A DNA stretch of 64,000 nt, from assembly GCA_947501355.1 (NCBI GenBank), contig CANMVA010000001.1:1695492-1759491 (forward strand), read 5' to 3'. Under the pieces are notes generated by a model that did not search any database, was not told the origin of the DNA, and was given only the letters and a program-made list of their open reading frames with translations. Position numbers and translations under genes: made by a program. Positions 63,915 through 64,000 of the stretch are shown piece after piece. Numbering within the stretch: the stretch's first letter is position 1; each line of letters starts with the position of its first letter. The stretch comes from an uncultured Rhodobacteraceae bacterium (GTDB lineage Bacteria > Pseudomonadota > Alphaproteobacteria > Rhodobacterales > Rhodobacteraceae).

Positions 63915-64000
63915 AGCATCCTCCCAGATGGCCCCGGATCGGGGCGTTTGATTACGGGTCCCACCGGACCGTCCGCCTCAGCCTAACGCCTGCGACAAAA

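Noticed and set aside
1-64000. Whole-window check for CRISPR arrays, IS elements, integrases, phage or conjugation genes, and recognised defence systems
   Set aside because: I found no regularly spaced direct repeats and no transposase, integrase, recombinase, restriction-modification, Cas, or abortive-infection-like ORFs on either strand. The only mobility-related signals are the tRNA-Ser end duplication and the low-GC gene next to ssrA, both reported as findings.

Overview
GC-rich, densely coding chromosomal segment with gene content and synteny typical of Alphaproteobacteria, family Rhodobacteraceae (roseobacter-like). I found no integrase, transposase, phage module or CRISPR array. Most of the window is core metabolism: purM-purN, rnd, sufE, purC-purS-purQ, a DctB/DctD-like two-component pair, rne, ccdA, fumC, sspB, chrA, photolyase and CFA synthase, trgAB-cysK, an MscK-like channel, pxpBCA, an aglR-bgl-glk / aglEFGAK alpha-glucoside locus and a TRAP transporter. 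There are three RNA genes. Two are tRNAs: tRNA(CAT) and tRNA-Ser(GGA). The third is a circularly permuted two-piece tmRNA (ssrA) that fills the otherwise ORF-free gap at 27.4-27.8 kb. The candidates most worth a second look are listed here. (1) A tightly coupled six-gene operon in which the Cys-rich DUF2182/DUF1326 pair and a DinB-fold protein sit directly in front of the DMSP genes dmdA-acuI, under a divergent GntR regulator with a clear operator palindrome. (2) A translationally coupled membrane GxSxG-hydrolase-like protein and cytochrome P450 pair. (3) A triad of very small proteins coupled to fumC (a 57-aa DUF4169-like protein missing from the ORF track, an RHH protein and a 76-aa protein). 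(4) A split cobalamin methionine-synthase module with DUF1638. (5) Tandem diverged copies of the ATPase inhibitor zeta. (6) An att-like duplication of the tRNA-Ser 3' end. (7) A 19-bp perfect inverted repeat bracketing a 104-nt spacer in a long leader. All functional calls rest on my reading of the translated ORFs and recalled family signatures. No database search was run.
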